From Macrostomum hystrix (lineage: Eukaryota > Animalia > Platyhelminthes), in contig CATNEN010000001.1 of assembly GCA_950097015.1 (NCBI GenBank), positions 7,626,001 to 7,690,000 of the forward strand: DNA of 64,000 nucleotides, given 5' to 3'. The notes under the pieces were generated by a model that did no database searches, was not told the origin of the DNA, and was given only the letters and a program-made list of their open reading frames with translations. Both the position numbers and the translations under genes were made by a program. Shown here in pieces: positions 1 to 13,812 of the stretch (positions are counted from its first letter, which is position 1; each line of letters starts with the position of its first letter).

Positions 1-1670
1 CGTAGCCGCAGTAGTATTAGCGCTAGTAAATGTCGTCGCGCTAGTCCAAGCCACTGTGGGTTCGCTAGTCGACCAGGCGGTGTAGTTTGAGTCCGCAGTT
101 GAGTTCGGTGTCAAACAGAGGCCGACGCGGTTGGGATAGACCTGATCTACGCCGGCCCTCACTGCCTCGCCAACCAGTAGGGATATCGCGCCCTGATTGG
201 CTGGTTGATTTTGTTTGAAGAGAAATCATTATCCTTTTCAGATCATCTCATAATATTCTTTATATTTTCTTGCCCTACAAATTTTCTGTAATCGAACCTT
301 AGTTCATTGATAATCTCACTCTACTTCTCAGAAAATATAACTCCACTTCTCAGATAATGTAACTCTACTTCTCAGATAATGTCGCTCTACTTCACAGATA
401 ATGTCGCTCTACTTCACAGATAATGTCGCTCTACTTCACAGATAATCTCACTCGACTTCTTAGATAATCTCACTCTACTTCACAGATAATGTCACTCTAC
501 TTCACAGATAATTTCGCTCTACTTCACAGATAATCTCACTCGACTTCTTAGATAATCTCACTCCACTTCACAGATAATGTCACTCCACTTCACAGATAAT
601 CTCACTCTACTTCTCAGATAATCTAACTCCACTTCACAGATAATCTAACTCCACTTCTCTCAGATAATCTTCTTGACAATAACTAGACTCCACATCAGTG
701 AAACAAAGACTCACTCATATTAAGGTGGTTGGATGTGCCAAAAATAAAGTAGATAATCATGGCAAAGAATGCGGAGTAGAATCCACTCTGCGGTCTGAGA
801 TTGGCCAGCAGAGCGTAGGCAATGGCTGAAATTTAAATTCAAGTAAAAATCTGTTTATAAATTTAGAAGTGTGAATTTTTTTCCTAAATTAAATTCATTT
901 TTCAACACATATCGGCTACCTTATAAGTACAACTTCTCATCCCTTTCAGATTCAGTATCATCCGATTAAAAAAACTGCAAATCAAACTATAGAGTTTTGC
1001 AGGGAATTTTTTTCTTCACAAAAACACCATTCGCATAAACTACTCGCTATGAAAGTTAGTAGTAAAGTGAGGAAATTATTGCATCCCAAATTATGAAAAC
1101 GCAATTTAAAGGCTCAGCATTGCAGAACTCACACTGAGGAATGAGGAACAGACCCACGCTAATTCCGGATAACAGGTCGTAGGGTCCGTATTCGCGCAGG
1201 TCGTAGTTAAGCAGCACCTTCACAAATGGAAACAGCCGGGTGATGATGCCCAGAGCGATGACACCCTTGCCCTTCACCTCCTTGTTAGCCCGACGTTCGT
1301 CCATGAGATTCTGCTTGTGAGCCTTCTGTTCTTCCGGCTCCATCCGGGTCTGATAGGCTTGCTCAAGCTGCACCTCAGTGTAAGCTGGCCTGGAAGCTAT
1401 CGTGCCAGCCGGAGTGAAGCCGTCCCCGGCGCCTCTGTTATCGTCGACGTCTTCGGCGACGCCGACGCTGAAGCCGCCTCCGCCACCGCCGCCTCCAGCG
1501 GCGTTGCCAACGCCTGCGGTGTCAGCCGGGATGGCCACCTGCAGCCTCAGATCCGAAGGAATCCTGCTTCGCCGATTGATAGAACCGCTGCCGCCGTTTG
1601 CGCCGCCATTGCCACCCGGTGTCGTCGGTGGTGGCGCAGCAGGACCACCGGCTGCCGGTTGGTCAGACAT
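1..1670 (-). CDS. SLC26/SulP family anion transporter (prestin/pendrin-like), 5' part; exons 1670-1133, 825-715, 200-<1; runs off the window start
   Basis: Spliced translation gives DLLSGISVGLFLIPQ|SIAYALLANLRPQSGFYSAFFAMIIYFIFGTSNHLNM|TNQGAISLLVGEAV, matching the SLC26 N-terminal sulfate-transporter motif; GT-AG junctions keep the frame. Confidence 0.9.
305..670. repeat. Intronic minisatellite, ~22-bp unit CAGATAATSTCACTCTACTTCA
   Basis: Direct tandem copies inside SLC26 intron 2. Confidence 0.95.
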
Positions 1671-1789
1671 ATTGGGGACTTAGAGACGGCTGCCTGAACT
1701 GCTGCATGACGGAATTGGACTCATGATCGATAATAAGTGAATAATGAACAATTCCCAATAAACCATGACCGAAATCATTGTGAATCACC

Positions 1790-2630
1790 GGCCAGTCATA
1801 CTGAATGACCAATAATAATATATGACCAATCATACTGAATAACCAATATTAATATATGACCAATCATACTGAATGAACAATTATAATGAATGACCAATCA
1901 TACTGAATGACCAGTCAAACTGAATGACCAGTCAAACTGAATGACCAATAATAATATATGACCAATCATACTGAATGACCAATCATACTGAATGACCAAA
2001 TCATACTCAGTGACCAATATACTTAATGATTAGTAATACTGAATGACCAGTAATACTGAATGACTAGTCATCTTGAATGACCAGTAATACTGAATGGCCA
2101 ATCATTCTGAATGGCCAATCGTACTGAGTGTCTGAATCGAAATGAATGACTAATTATATTGAATGAACAGTCAACCTGAATGACCAATCATACTGAATGA
2201 CCAGTCAAACTGAATGACCAATAATAATATATGACCAATCATACTGAATGACCAAATCATACTCAGTGACCAAATCATACTGAATGACTAATCATACTGA
2301 ATGACCAATCATACTGAATGACCAATCGTAATGAGTGTCTGAATCGAAATGAATGACTAATTATATTGAATGAACAGTCAACCTGAATGACCAATAATAA
2401 TATATGACCAATCATACTGAATGACCAATCATACTGAATGACCAAATCATACTCAGTGACCAAATCATACTGAATGACTAATCATACTGAATGACCAATC
2501 ATACTGAATGACCAATCATACTGAATGACCAATCATACTGAATGACCAATCATACTGAATGACCAAATCATACTCAGTGACCAATCATACTGAATGACCA
2601 ATCATACTGAATGACCAATCATACTGAATA
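1790..2630. repeat. Minisatellite, ~17-bp unit TGAATGACCAATCATAC with variants
   Basis: Dozens of tandem copies just upstream of the SLC26 start codon. Confidence 0.95.
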
Positions 2631-3554
2631 AATGAATCAAACTAATAACCAAATTCCATGTCTCCGTACAAAAGCACTGATAAGAATTGCCTCTAAAATA
2701 ATTACCTGCTCAAAATAGACCGATGTGTCGCGTTTCTAATTAGATCAGTCGGCCTGGTGGAAACAAAATCCGGCAGTCCAGTCTTGCCTGGTTAGTAATC
2801 TGTTTGGACCTGTCTGACTGACTGACTGTACCTGTTTTGTCTTCGCCCAAGCAGAGCACAACGTGGACTATTGTCTCGAACGGAAATTACGACTCAAACT
2901 AGCGACTGGCTGCTAGCATGAAGACGAGAATGCTCATAAACCATTATCGTTTTTTTCATTTATTTATAGTCGAGTTGGTCTCCAACATCCATTACTCTCT
3001 ATCCCTGCGACCAGTACGGCTTTGAGCAGTTCTAACCTACCTCTGTGAGTACAACAGCCAACCAAACCTACTCACTTTTAGTCATTAGCCTATTCTATTC
3101 ACAATATGTACACAATAATACAGTACAACGATGGCTTTGAATGCTTTTCTGACTCTTAGACTATTTTGCAGTGCAGAGCTACTGAGCCAACCCGCCCCTC
3201 CCAGTTTTTGACTGGCTACCGAGGGGCTTCCGAACAAGGCCCCGCCTCACGTCACAATGAACCAGTCTGAAATAGGGGCTAATTAACAACAACCTGCTTT
3301 TATCTAAAGCAGACCTGCTTAAAGCAGCATGGCATTGTCTGCCTTCTGCGGCTAGTGCTTCACATCTCTTACTGATTGCTCTGGAATGATACCAAAAATA
3401 GAATGACAAGGTGCGTTTCTTGACAGCTTAAAAAATGAACTAATAATTAGAGCTGAATTTAGTAGTTTATAAGTTAGAAATCACGTGACTTATTATGACT
3501 CACTTTATCTCTTTATTATACTCCAAATTATATCCCATTATTTCCGGCTTCAAA

Positions 3555-3800
3555 ATCATCTCACGCGAGATCTCGCTTTTAGGATAATCTCACAGAATAC
3601 TCGTATCTTAACTCTAGGATAATCTCAAAAGGAAATCTCTGCTGTAGGATAATCTCACAAGGAGATCTCACTTTCAGAGTAATTTCAAAGAAGATCTCAA
3701 CTGCAGAAAAATCTCACAGATCTCAACTGCTGGATTATCTCACAGGAGATCTCAAATGCTGGATCTTTGAGATCTCACAAAGAGATTTAAACTGCAGAAA
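3555..3800. repeat. Degenerate tandem repeat (AGGATAATCTCAC..GAGATCTC units)
   Basis: Recurring ggataatctcac/gagatctc words at ~35-bp spacing. Confidence 0.6.
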
Positions 3801-4352
3801 ATACTATAAGGTATTAATAGACCAAAAGTTTGCTTAGCGAGTGGTCTAAGATGACTACTCAAGAATGGCTAGGAGTTGAGCATTCTCACAACTCAAACCA
3901 GTTCTGTCCTCCACTAGATAGATAAAACGGCTTTTCAATGCAGCTTAAAACCAGCAGAGTATAACAAAATAGAATAAATTTCTAAGGTCTAAGGTCCTTA
4001 GAATAAAATGTGAATAGAAATGCCACTACACAGCTCACTAGTAACCCAGCGCAATGCCGAAATTCTGTATCGAATACAACAATGGATTAGATTGAGCACT
4101 GCTCAAACAGACCTTAAGATTCGAAAGCTCACGTGCCTCAGAGAACAGCTATTGTTCACCTAGAGCAACTGGGCGGTAATATAATAATAAACAATATATT
4201 TTTCAACTCGAACCACAGTTCTGGCTGACGAAATTGTGAAGACAAACTAAGAACTACATTTAAATTATCTGGGGTACTTTGATTTTCTAGTTTTCTCGCA
4301 GTTTTTAAGAACAAGATGTACATTTTTTATAACAAGGCATTTTTCTGTATGC

Positions 4353-4566
4353 AACAGTCTCTGATCCCATCTGTGTCAGTCTCTGATCCCATCTGCAACA
4401 GGATCTGATCCCATCTGTAACAGTCTCTGATCCCATCTGCAACAGTCTCTGATCCCATCTGTAACAGTCTCTGATCCCATCTGTAACAGTCTCTGATCCC
4501 ATCTCCAACAGTCTCTGATCCCATCTGTAACAGTCTCTGATCCCATCTGTAACAGTCTCTGATCCA
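4353..4566. repeat. Minisatellite, 22-bp unit AACAGTCTCTGATCCCATCTGT
   Basis: About 10 tandem copies. Confidence 0.95.
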
Positions 4567-5084
4567 ATTTCTAACAATTTTGGCAGAAATTAAGCAATAG
4601 TTATTGAACAAAATAATAATTTAATTTTCAAAAAAGCTTTAGCAAAGAAGAGAAAACCTTTGGTCAATATAATTACCTTGTTTCTATTCAATTAGGGCGC
4701 AACAATCAGACTTTTGAAGAGAACAATATGTACTCTCAACATAAGTAATTATGGTCTACTTAGAGTAGAGTGGGTAGAAAGCTTGCATTATAACTGGATA
4801 ATGTAAAAATGCAATATATACCTACTACTAAGAGTACAAGCTCAATGTGAAAAATAACCATGGGAGGATCTTGATATGTAAAAAACTGTAATTGGAAGCC
4901 GAATTCACAATCTACGATGCGCATAATCCTCTAGTAAAAACGTAATCGATTTTATAACTGTTAATAATTACAGTCGATTTAACCAACTGTAGCCACCAAT
5001 CTAACGAAATACAGGTAAAAATATTTAAGATTTTATAATGATCTGAGTTGAATAGGAATAAGTCGGAGCAGAAAAAGAGATCGA

Positions 5085-5220
5085 AGGAAGTGGAAAGAGG
5101 TGGGTGCATAGGGACTGGGGTGGCTGTTGGCAGAAGTGAGGTGGGTGTGAAAGGGAGTGAGGTGGGTGTGAACGGAAGTGAGGTGGGTGGGAAGGGAGTG
5201 GGGTGGGTATAAAGGAGTGG
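5085..5220. repeat. G-rich degenerate repeat (GAAGTGAGGTGGGTGTG)
   Basis: 5-6 imperfect tandem units. Confidence 0.7.
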
Positions 5221-5412
5221 GTTTACACGAGGCTAGGCGTGTACTTAAGTTAAGTCAAATGAACAGTATAAGACAGTTTAGAAATTCGTCGATTTAGAAA
5301 TTAGGTAATTTAAACACTTGGCTAATGTTTGAGCTTAACGCATAGAAATGGAAGATTAAACCGTACACATTGGCAGTGGCGAGTTAAAATAATCCAGTCA
5401 AGCTAATCGAGT

Positions 5413-8400
5413 TTAGGATAAATTAGTCTCCTTGCCAGAAGCCGCAGCCAGCAGGCTTGGCAGATGCAGCAGGAAAGCCAGTCGTTTCTCGCTCTGTTCT
5501 GCACTATTTCCTAGCTTAGCAGTCAGCGCGCACCAATGCCTAACAAACTGATCGGATTCCGGCAATGGCCGATTCCAAGACTGAAAGCCTCTGGCCAAGC
5601 AGTACTGCTGACGCAACAGACTCTCGGCTGGGTCTCCGGGCTCGCCAAAGACAAAGCCGGCTCGTTCAACAGCCCGATCCTCTTCGTAGATGAGCTTGGC
5701 TAGTCGCCAAAGGCGGTACTCGCGGTACAGACGCAGGGCGGAGATGCCATTGGCTCGACTCAGGTGGATCTTCAAGAAGAATTTCGGCTATTTCAACAGT
5801 CAAGGCACTTAATGAGTCACAACTACTCCCACGGTCATTTAATGAGTCATACTTACTTATCAGAGTAATCAAGCGAGTCATAATGGTATCTAACTGTCAT
5901 TATAATAATAATTGCACTAGGGCTGCGGGCAATGGCACATTGTTTGGTGACACTAGACCCGCAGCCAGCGATGACGCTATTCTGTCCATTTCGCTGACTC
6001 CTGAGCACACACTCACACAGGTGTGTACATCTGCCCTGGCTTTCTCATCGTCAGGCAGTGTACACTCTCACTGTGCCTTGGAGGTTGGCCTTCAAGGGCG
6101 TGAATTGCACGACAAGCCACCAAGCCTTCTCTCCGCGGCTGCGCCCCAAATGAATGTGGCCTCGCCTCGGAATCGAGCTCAGGGACATTGTTGCGAGGGG
6201 TAGACGCGTGAAACCGCTCTGCCACTCACCTCCTGCACCTAACGGTTATTTAATGAGTCATAACTCCACCAGATTTTTCATTAAGAAAAACGAAATGGAT
6301 ATATGCATTCAAAAGCTCACAGCGTGTTTATAGCTGAGATAATCGAACTGAAGACAGTCGTGCTCAAAAGCTTCAACGCTGCTAGCCAACAGATCAGATG
6401 AGTTCTGCTTGCCAGTCCGCACCTGAGAAATTTGCGAGTTATACAGTTTTAATATACTGTTATTTATTAACTTCGAAGCTAGATACAGTTTACAGACACG
6501 GTAGATACTTAGGTAAAAGGAAGGGAAGATACAGAAGGACAGGAGGGTAGATAGGGAGGGAACAGGAGGGTAGATACAGAGGGACAGTAGGGTAGATAGG
6601 GAGGGAACAGGAGGGTAGATACAGAGGGACAGGAGGGTAGATACAGAGGGACAGTAGGTTAGATAGGGAGGGAAAGAAGGTAGATAGGGAGGGAACAGGA
6701 GGTTAGATAGGGAGGGAACAGGAGGGTAGGGAGGGAACAGGAGGGTAGGGAGGGAACAGGAGGGTAGGGAGGGAACAGGAGGGTAGGGAGGGAAAAGAAG
6801 GTAGATAGGGAGGGAACAGGAGGGTAGATAGGGAGGGAACAGGAGGGTAGATACAGAGGGTAGAGTAGGGTAGATACAGAGGGTAGAGTAGGGTAGATAC
6901 AGAGGGTAGAGTAGGGTAGATACAGAGTGGAGAGGAGGGTAGATAGGGTTTACAGAACAGACGGGAAAGGAGGACTCACATTACGCAGGACAGTTCTCAA
7001 AGGTTCACAGTCCAGCTGAGGCTGGAGGAATGCCAAGTCGTCGGCCAGGCTTGAGTAGTAGGCGCGGCGTCTCTGCAGCTGAGCATTTGTGAACTCAAGC
7101 CGCTGCTCGGGTGTCCAGAAATGTTCGGTGAGAAATAGGCGCGGAAAGTAGAAACTGCAAGCGGATGTTGGGAACAAGTTTGTGGGGTGAGGAGAAATGA
7201 GTAAAATAAACCTGGAGATGGGATTGGGAGCTAGGATTGGGATTAAGAAACTAGGATTCGGATTAGCAACTAGGATTATTTGGATTAGCACCTAGGATTC
7301 GGATTAGGACCTAGGATTCGGATTAGGACCTAGGATTCTGATTAGCACGTAGGATTCGGATTAGCACCTAGGATTCGAATTAGGACCTAGGATTCGGATT
7401 AGAACCTAGGATTCGGATTAGCACCTAGGATTCGGATTAGCACCTAGGATTATTTGGATTAGAACCTGGGATTCGAATTATAACCTGTGATTCGGATTAG
7501 CACCTAGGATTCGGATTAGGACCTAGGATTCGGATTAGGACCTAGGATTCGGATTAGGACCTAGGATTTGGATTAGAACCTGGGATTCGGATTAGAACCT
7601 GGGATTCGGATTAGCACCTAGGATTCGAATTAGGACCTTGGATTCGGATTAGGACCTAGGATTCGGATTAGGACCTAGGATTCGGATTAGGACCTAGGAT
7701 TCTGATTAGCACGTAGGATTCGGATTAGCACCTAGGATTCGAATTAGGACCTAGGATTCGGATTAGAACCTAGGATTCGGATTAGCACCTAGGATTCGGA
7801 TTAGCACCTAGGATTATTTGGATTAGAACCTGGGATTCGAATTATAACCTGTGATTCGGATTAGCACCTAGGATTCGGATTAGGACCTAGGATTCGGATT
7901 AGGACCTAGGATTCGGATTAGGACCTGGGATTCGGATTAGGACCTAGGATTTGGATTAGAACCTGGGATTCGGATTAGAACCTGGGATTCGGATTAGCAC
8001 CTAGGATTCGAATTAGGACCTTGGATTCGGATTAGAACTTTGGATTCGGATTAGGACCTAGGATCCGGATTAGGACCAGGGATTTGGATTAGGACCTAGG
8101 ATTCGGATTAGGACCTGGAATTTGAATTAGGACCTAGGATTATGATATGGGCTACGATTGGGATTAACGAAGTAGGATTGCGATTAGGAGTAGTAATTGG
8201 GATTTGGAGCTAAGATTGGGATTAGAAGCTATGATTGAGTTTAAGACTTGGGATTGGGAGAAAGGATTGGGATTCGCAGCTGGGGTTAAGATACGGAGTT
8301 AGAATTGGGATTGAGAGCTAGGATGGGGATAATAATCTGGATTATGGACTAGAAATGAGCTTGAAAGATTCTAAATCAAACAAAGGTAAAACGATTGTTG

Positions 8401-8751
8401 AGCTCACAGCACTGGCAGCATGAGTACAGTTCCTGGTAGGGCGGATATACACAGAGCAGGAGTAGCCCTCAGGAGTTCCTTAGGCACCAGTCTGAGTAGG
8501 GAAATATCCCTGTAGCCCAGCTGTGAGTAGGGCACGCCTCCGCCTGATACTCTAGTCCAGACGGTGACAAAATCTTGAAAGTCGGTCACCAAACCGCTGA
8601 CACCGGAGCGAAATGTGCGAAATAGTTTGTGAGTGCCCGGACTGCGGGCCTGCCATCTGTGCTCAACCCAAACTAGGAAGCGACGATAGCTGGCTATGCC
8701 GGACTTCACTCGCTCGCTTGGAAGCTCCTTCATGGCGCTGCAGAGTTGCAT
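5413..8751 (-). CDS. LETMD1: LETM1 domain-containing protein 1-like; exons (8790 or 8751)-8408, 7154-6980, 6422-6321, 5769-5413; 5' end uncertain
   Basis: Joined exons give PGTHKLFRTFRSGVSGLVTDFQD...KELLRATPALCISALPG...LFYFPRLFLTEHFWTPEQRLEF...IYEEDRAV...CLARG, the LETMD1 pattern; splice phases are consistent. Confidence 0.82.
5900..6235 (-). mobile_element. tRNA-derived SINE, family 2, in LETMD1 intron 3
   Basis: Minus-strand head has box A-like TGGCAGAGCGG and box B-like GCTCGATTCC; body aligns with 25175-25432; (TAA)n-like tail. Confidence 0.75.
6515..6947. repeat. Polypurine minisatellite (GGAGGGTAGATAGGGAGGGAACA variants)
   Basis: Tandem purine-rich units in LETMD1 intron 2. Confidence 0.9.
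7220..8345. repeat. Minisatellite, 19-bp unit GGATTCGGATTAGGACCTA, with higher-order duplication
   Basis: About 50 tandem units; a rare variant block recurs near 7440-7500 and 7800-7860. Confidence 0.95.
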
Positions 8752-8859
8752 TTTTTCAGGTGTTTTTTCTCTATTGTCATCCTGGTAAGCCTGTGCGAGG
8801 TCCTAGCTACACAATTGTTGGATTAAGCGTTCAGTGAGAATAGGATCAGATATACAGAA

Positions 8860-9265
8860 AGAAATGGTAGATATATGAGAAGTGAGATTAGAGATACGAG
8901 AAGTGAGATTAGAGATACAAGGAGTGATATCAGAGATACAAGGAGTGAGATTAGAGATTTCAGGAGTGAGATAAGAGATACAAGGAGTGAGATTAGAGAT
9001 ACAAGGAGTGAGATTAGAGATACGAAGAGTGAGATCAGAGATACAAGGAGTGAGATTAGAGATACAAGGAGTGAGATTAGAGATATGAGAACTGAGATTA
9101 GAGATACGAGAAGTGAGATTAGAGATACAAGGAGTGAGATTAGAGATACGAGAAGTGAGATTAGAGATACAAGGAGTGATATCAGAGATACAAGGAGTGA
9201 GATTAGAGATATGAGGAGTAAGATTAGAGATATGAGGAGTGAGATTAGATATACAAGAAGAGAAA
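8860..9265. repeat. Minisatellite, 21-bp unit GAGTGAGATTAGAGATACAAG
   Basis: Tandem copies; explains the spurious repetitive ORFs on both strands. Confidence 0.95.
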
Positions 9266-9978
9266 TTCGTGTTATGGGGCGGATTAGAGAACAGAGCAAA
9301 CTTTCTAGTTGAAAATGAGTATGAAATTAACGAAATGTAACACTAGGAAAGAAAACTTGTTTACCAATCACGCGGAATAGACAGGATAGACAAACAATTT
9401 AATCCAGACGCAGCTTTATATATTTTTTCTTATTGACCATTTTAATACAATTGGTTACAGTAATGTATAGAACAAAGAATCAAAATTTCCTAATAAAAAA
9501 CGTGCGAAACTAAATTTAGTACACTTGCTCTCGTTAAATAGAAATTAGCTAACAAAAAAATACAAGCTGATTTTGTAAGACACCTATTAAAAAAACAAGA
9601 GAAAGTAAATGTAACAATTATTAGTTTAAATACATTAATAAGCACACACAGGGAGACATCACCAAACAAAGAACACGACAAACAAGCAAAACTTTATTTT
9701 CTCATTAATTTTTTCGTCCCCAGTAGATGATGACGGAGATATTTCAAGCACCCACATTTTTGTTATCTGTATCTCCCAAAATATTCAACCAATCGCCATG
9801 AAATCGGTTAACAATTTTCCACTGATCAAGAATTAGGCAGTGAGTATTTGAAATATCAACCCAGTCATTCGACTGTTAAAGACGCATTTATTGATTGAAT
9901 TACAGCAACAAATTATAACAACAGAAGAATGAACTTAGATAACAGTAAAAAGACTAGCTAACGAAGCCTGGCCAAAGT

Positions 9979-11613
9979 TTAAACTCGACTCTTGATGTAA
10001 TTCTCTGGCATGGCAACGGTGTGCCGGCCATCGGCGTAGATATTCAACAATCGGCCACTATTCGGAATGACATTGTACTGCAGAGCCAGGGTAACATTGG
10101 GATTACCGCGCAAACCAAATCCGTCATCCCAGAAATAGTACTTGGGATTAACTCGATTGTACTTTAGTCGAGCCGATTCACCGCGACGAATGATTTTATC
10201 CCACAGTACTACCTGGTTGAAGGTGTTCTTTTCAGTCTTGTAGTGAGCGGTGACGTACACAAACAGCTGCTTGACATTCCAGTTGAACAGATGATTGAGG
10301 TCCGCCTAGTTTAAATTTAATAGGGAGTTGAATCTTGGGTTCTAACATGTTTAAATACTGTTCTGTATAAAAAACTGAAATAAAATTAGCTAGTAGAATC
10401 AAGGCTTTATAGAGGGTATTTCAAATGACTGCAGGATATAAGCAAAGATTTTAGCAAAGCCAAGGCTTTTTTAAACATGGTCTGAGTGAACACTGAAATA
10501 GAATACAATGGGACTGCAACAATAAGGAGTACAATAGCTAACCTCAGAGAAAGTGGTACAACACAATAATTACAAGATGATAAACAAGACAAGATGATAA
10601 ACTAATTTATTTTTAAAGGTGCCAATGTTGGCCTATTTACAATTAGGCCTAATTGATTTTCATTTACATTTTGATTATGGTATAGTGTTAACTATCAATT
10701 GATTGTTACATTAAGATAGTATAAACATGAAAAATATAGAAGATTACTAATAAAAATGTTTGGAAAACTGTGCAAAAATTGGAAAACAATCTACTGAAGT
10801 ATGTGGAATTTTTGCTATAAGTAGCTATAATATAAGTGGCAATTCAATATAAATTTCATTATTTATTTTATTCTAGTTCTGATTTATCTAGTTAACCTAT
10901 TCTTAAAGCAACATTATAACATAAATTTTTTTATTCATTGAAAGTTTTTGACTGCTTTCAGCTTGTCTATTGGCCATGGATTAAAAAAGCCTAACATTTT
11001 TCAAAATGGTTGTTATATATATACTCTGTTTTGGTGACTGTTCACCATTTCTAAATTATAAACTAACATAGACCAATAGACCATCCAAAACCTATTCCTT
11101 TGTACACTTGCCACCTTCTTGATTATGAAAGTTGCACCATTCATCTATGCCTTTAAATACAACAGCTAACCATGTCAATAGCTGAGTAACTTTTTAGACA
11201 AAAACTATTCAAAAGGCATTAAGTAGGCCTAGCATAAAATGTTCTATTTTAGTGATAGTGATAGAAAGAGTGTTGGTAGAAATTAATTATAAACTAGTGA
11301 AGATAAAAAATAAATAAATGTGTAAGTTACTAAGTTGCATTCAACTAAAACTAAACAGTACAGCAACCACAAAACCACTTATTGTGAAAGTTAGACTTAC
11401 ATCAATATCAAGAGTCATGTGACCAAGGTCGTTTGTATCATGACTAACCATGTAGTCAGAAGCCTGTCGAACTAATACACTTGGTGCATCAAGCTTAGCT
11501 ACGGCATAGTGTGTATGATGGACTGTAGAAAGAAAACAAAAAAACGCCAGTGCAGCCAATATGGTCATTGTCATTGCAAAAAGCGAATTCAAACGGGTTA
11601 AGAATGTATTCAT
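9979..11613 (-). CDS. SPCS3: Signal peptidase complex subunit 3 (SPC22/23); exons 11613-11401, 10305-9979
   Basis: MNTFLTRLNSLFA..., D|ADLNHLFNWNVKQLFVYVTAHY...NQVVLWDKII...KYYFWDDG.GLRGN...NVIPNSG are diagnostic SPCS3 motifs. Confidence 0.96.
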
Positions 11614-11862
11614 GTTGTTGATTAGGCAATTATATGAACGAAGAAACGAGATTTAGTATCTAGATAATACTTTTGCCTTTAATAAACTTTACAAATATCC
11701 TTAAAACAGAGGAATCCGTAGTTCAATAATCCGTTCCTTTACCGATATTCCAGAAAACAACTCTGCTTGAACAGATCATAAGTCCAACTTATTTGTTTCA
11801 AAATTTCAAATTTGCGCCATAAGGCGTGTATCTATTCGTTTTTATCGTTATATAACGAACAA

Positions 11863-13084
11863 GGATCCTAGAGTCACTTCGTCAACTGCCACTTCGTCAA
11901 CTAGGGTTTTGTAAAATGCCTTCGATAGTTGGTCACTTCGTCAACTAGCCAAATGGGAGACCCATAGAATTGGTCACTTCGTCAACTATGCCCTTAGTCA
12001 ACAATGCCTATGTCACTTCTTCAAATTCAAGCGGGCATGTATGTACGCCAGCAAGGACCTGCGTCAGGCCGTTGCCCACGTGCTCGGCTGACAGATAAGG
12101 CAGCGCCATCAGCATTCGCAAGAAGCCACGGGTGCAAGGGTCTGTCAGGTAAGCCCGCTGGAGGCCCAAATGCTGGACTCTACGAAATATAGTATGCTAA
12201 TAATGGAACAGGCAGCATGCAATTAATGGAATGTGTTTCTAGAAACACGACCCGCAGAGCTTGACAAGCAGCAGCTTCGAAGTCCATAATGCAGACCTTC
12301 AGTGTGGAGTTGCCCAGTGTCTGTATCAGTGCAGCAAGTACGGCGATGTAGTCTGAAACCGACTATCCGGACATGACTGCGAACGCTGCTAGAGGGACAG
12401 CTGCATGGCTTGGTTGCATGTCGACCCCCTTCTGCAGATGTAGCAGTGCACTTAGTACAGTTGCTTTAACGGCGCGTGTACAACGTCGAAGGTGCCGTCT
12501 AGAAACCATTTAACCTACGGGAAGCAAGCAGCTCCAGCTGGTTAGCGGTTTAAAGCATCTGAAGCATGGCGCTTTTCCTGTGTGCCTTCAACCCGGATCT
12601 CACGCACCCGCGCGGTTCGCAGACGTGGTCTGCAGCCCGACCGCATCTGAAATTAAATTGTCCTTGGCTATGCTCGATTGCAGTAGCCAAGCACTTTACT
12701 GCAGAATTGCGTTGAGTGCAGCGATAGTACCACGTGTTGTTCTTCTGAAGGTTGAACCCTAGCGTGAACTTTAGCTCGCCAATAAGCTGTATAAGTGCGG
12801 CTAGTGCCATTGCGGACAAGAATGAACTCAACTTCGGCGGCGGCCTCCGGGTGACTCTTAAAGGTCTGGCCGGTCTTTACTCGTATTCAAACTTGAGTTT
12901 GAATTTCCGCTTTCTCGAACGCGAACATACAACCGCTATGTAACACTTGTATGTCAGAAGTTTTGACGAAATGATTTGAAATAGTTTGGTCAATCCGTCA
13001 AATGGTCTTATACGCTCGTAATTACGACAAATACATCTTGGTCACTGATCGTCAACCTCGCATTTGACGAAATGACTAGCATCC
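11863..13084 (-). mobile_element. Decayed, internally deleted Mutator-like (FLYWCH-MULE) DNA transposon
   Basis: Imperfect TIRs GGATCCTAGAGTCACTTCGTCAAC / TTGACGAAATGACTAGCATCC; exact 8-bp TSD ACGAACAA (11855-11862, 13085-13092); minus-strand remnants of a FLYWCH finger (YYRC...KC...H), WFLDGTFDVV and MDFE transposase motifs, with stops. Confidence 0.88.
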
Positions 13085-13812
13085 ACGAACAATGAGGATG
13101 AGCAAGTGCTAGGTAGCCTACTTCTACTTCAAATTAAAGTGAGTTTATAATTGGTACCTGGACGAAGTAATTATAGCTGCTGCACAAGGAAGCTCTGCAG
13201 CTCGCTTTATGTATAGCCGCAGGTGCGTCAGAAGGAGCTCAGGAGCGCCAGCACAAGCTGCGCTACCAGCATTTCCAGGAATCTGCAGGTAGAACGCAGA
13301 TTCAGTATCGAATTCAGCAGGTGCGTTCGAATCCATAAACAGCTTCCTGTTTAGTTGCTCGCACCTTGGTCGTGTGCAAGGCCAGGAGTAGCTAATTGAG
13401 TGCCTTATACCTTGTAATTAGCTAATTTTATCTTGCAAAGTATTTCTGACCCATTCTGCCCAACCTTTTTGTTTTTCTTGTTACTCGTACGATTTGTGTA
13501 AGCTCAGTAAAAAACCGAATACTTTATCGTAATTTAAACGACTTAAAAACAGTAAAATTCGCAAGGATTTCTTCCATAACGTTTTTACAATTACGTTAGT
13601 TCTTAAGCCATTTTTATAAATAAATGATTTTGATTAAATAAACAAAAGCAGATACATAATACAAACGTATTTTCTTCCAAGCAAATCAAACTGCGGCTTC
13701 AAAATTTCGTTTTCAGTTCTGTTGTATTGCTTTCCTTTCTCATTTTTATAGCACAACTAAGTCAACAAACCAACCAATTTACTATCAATTTAAGACAGTT
13801 TTTAACAAACTT

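Noticed and set aside
13085-13340. Plus-strand exon-like island next to the MULE
   Set aside because: Splice-like words and short open frames, but no start codon or recognisable homology
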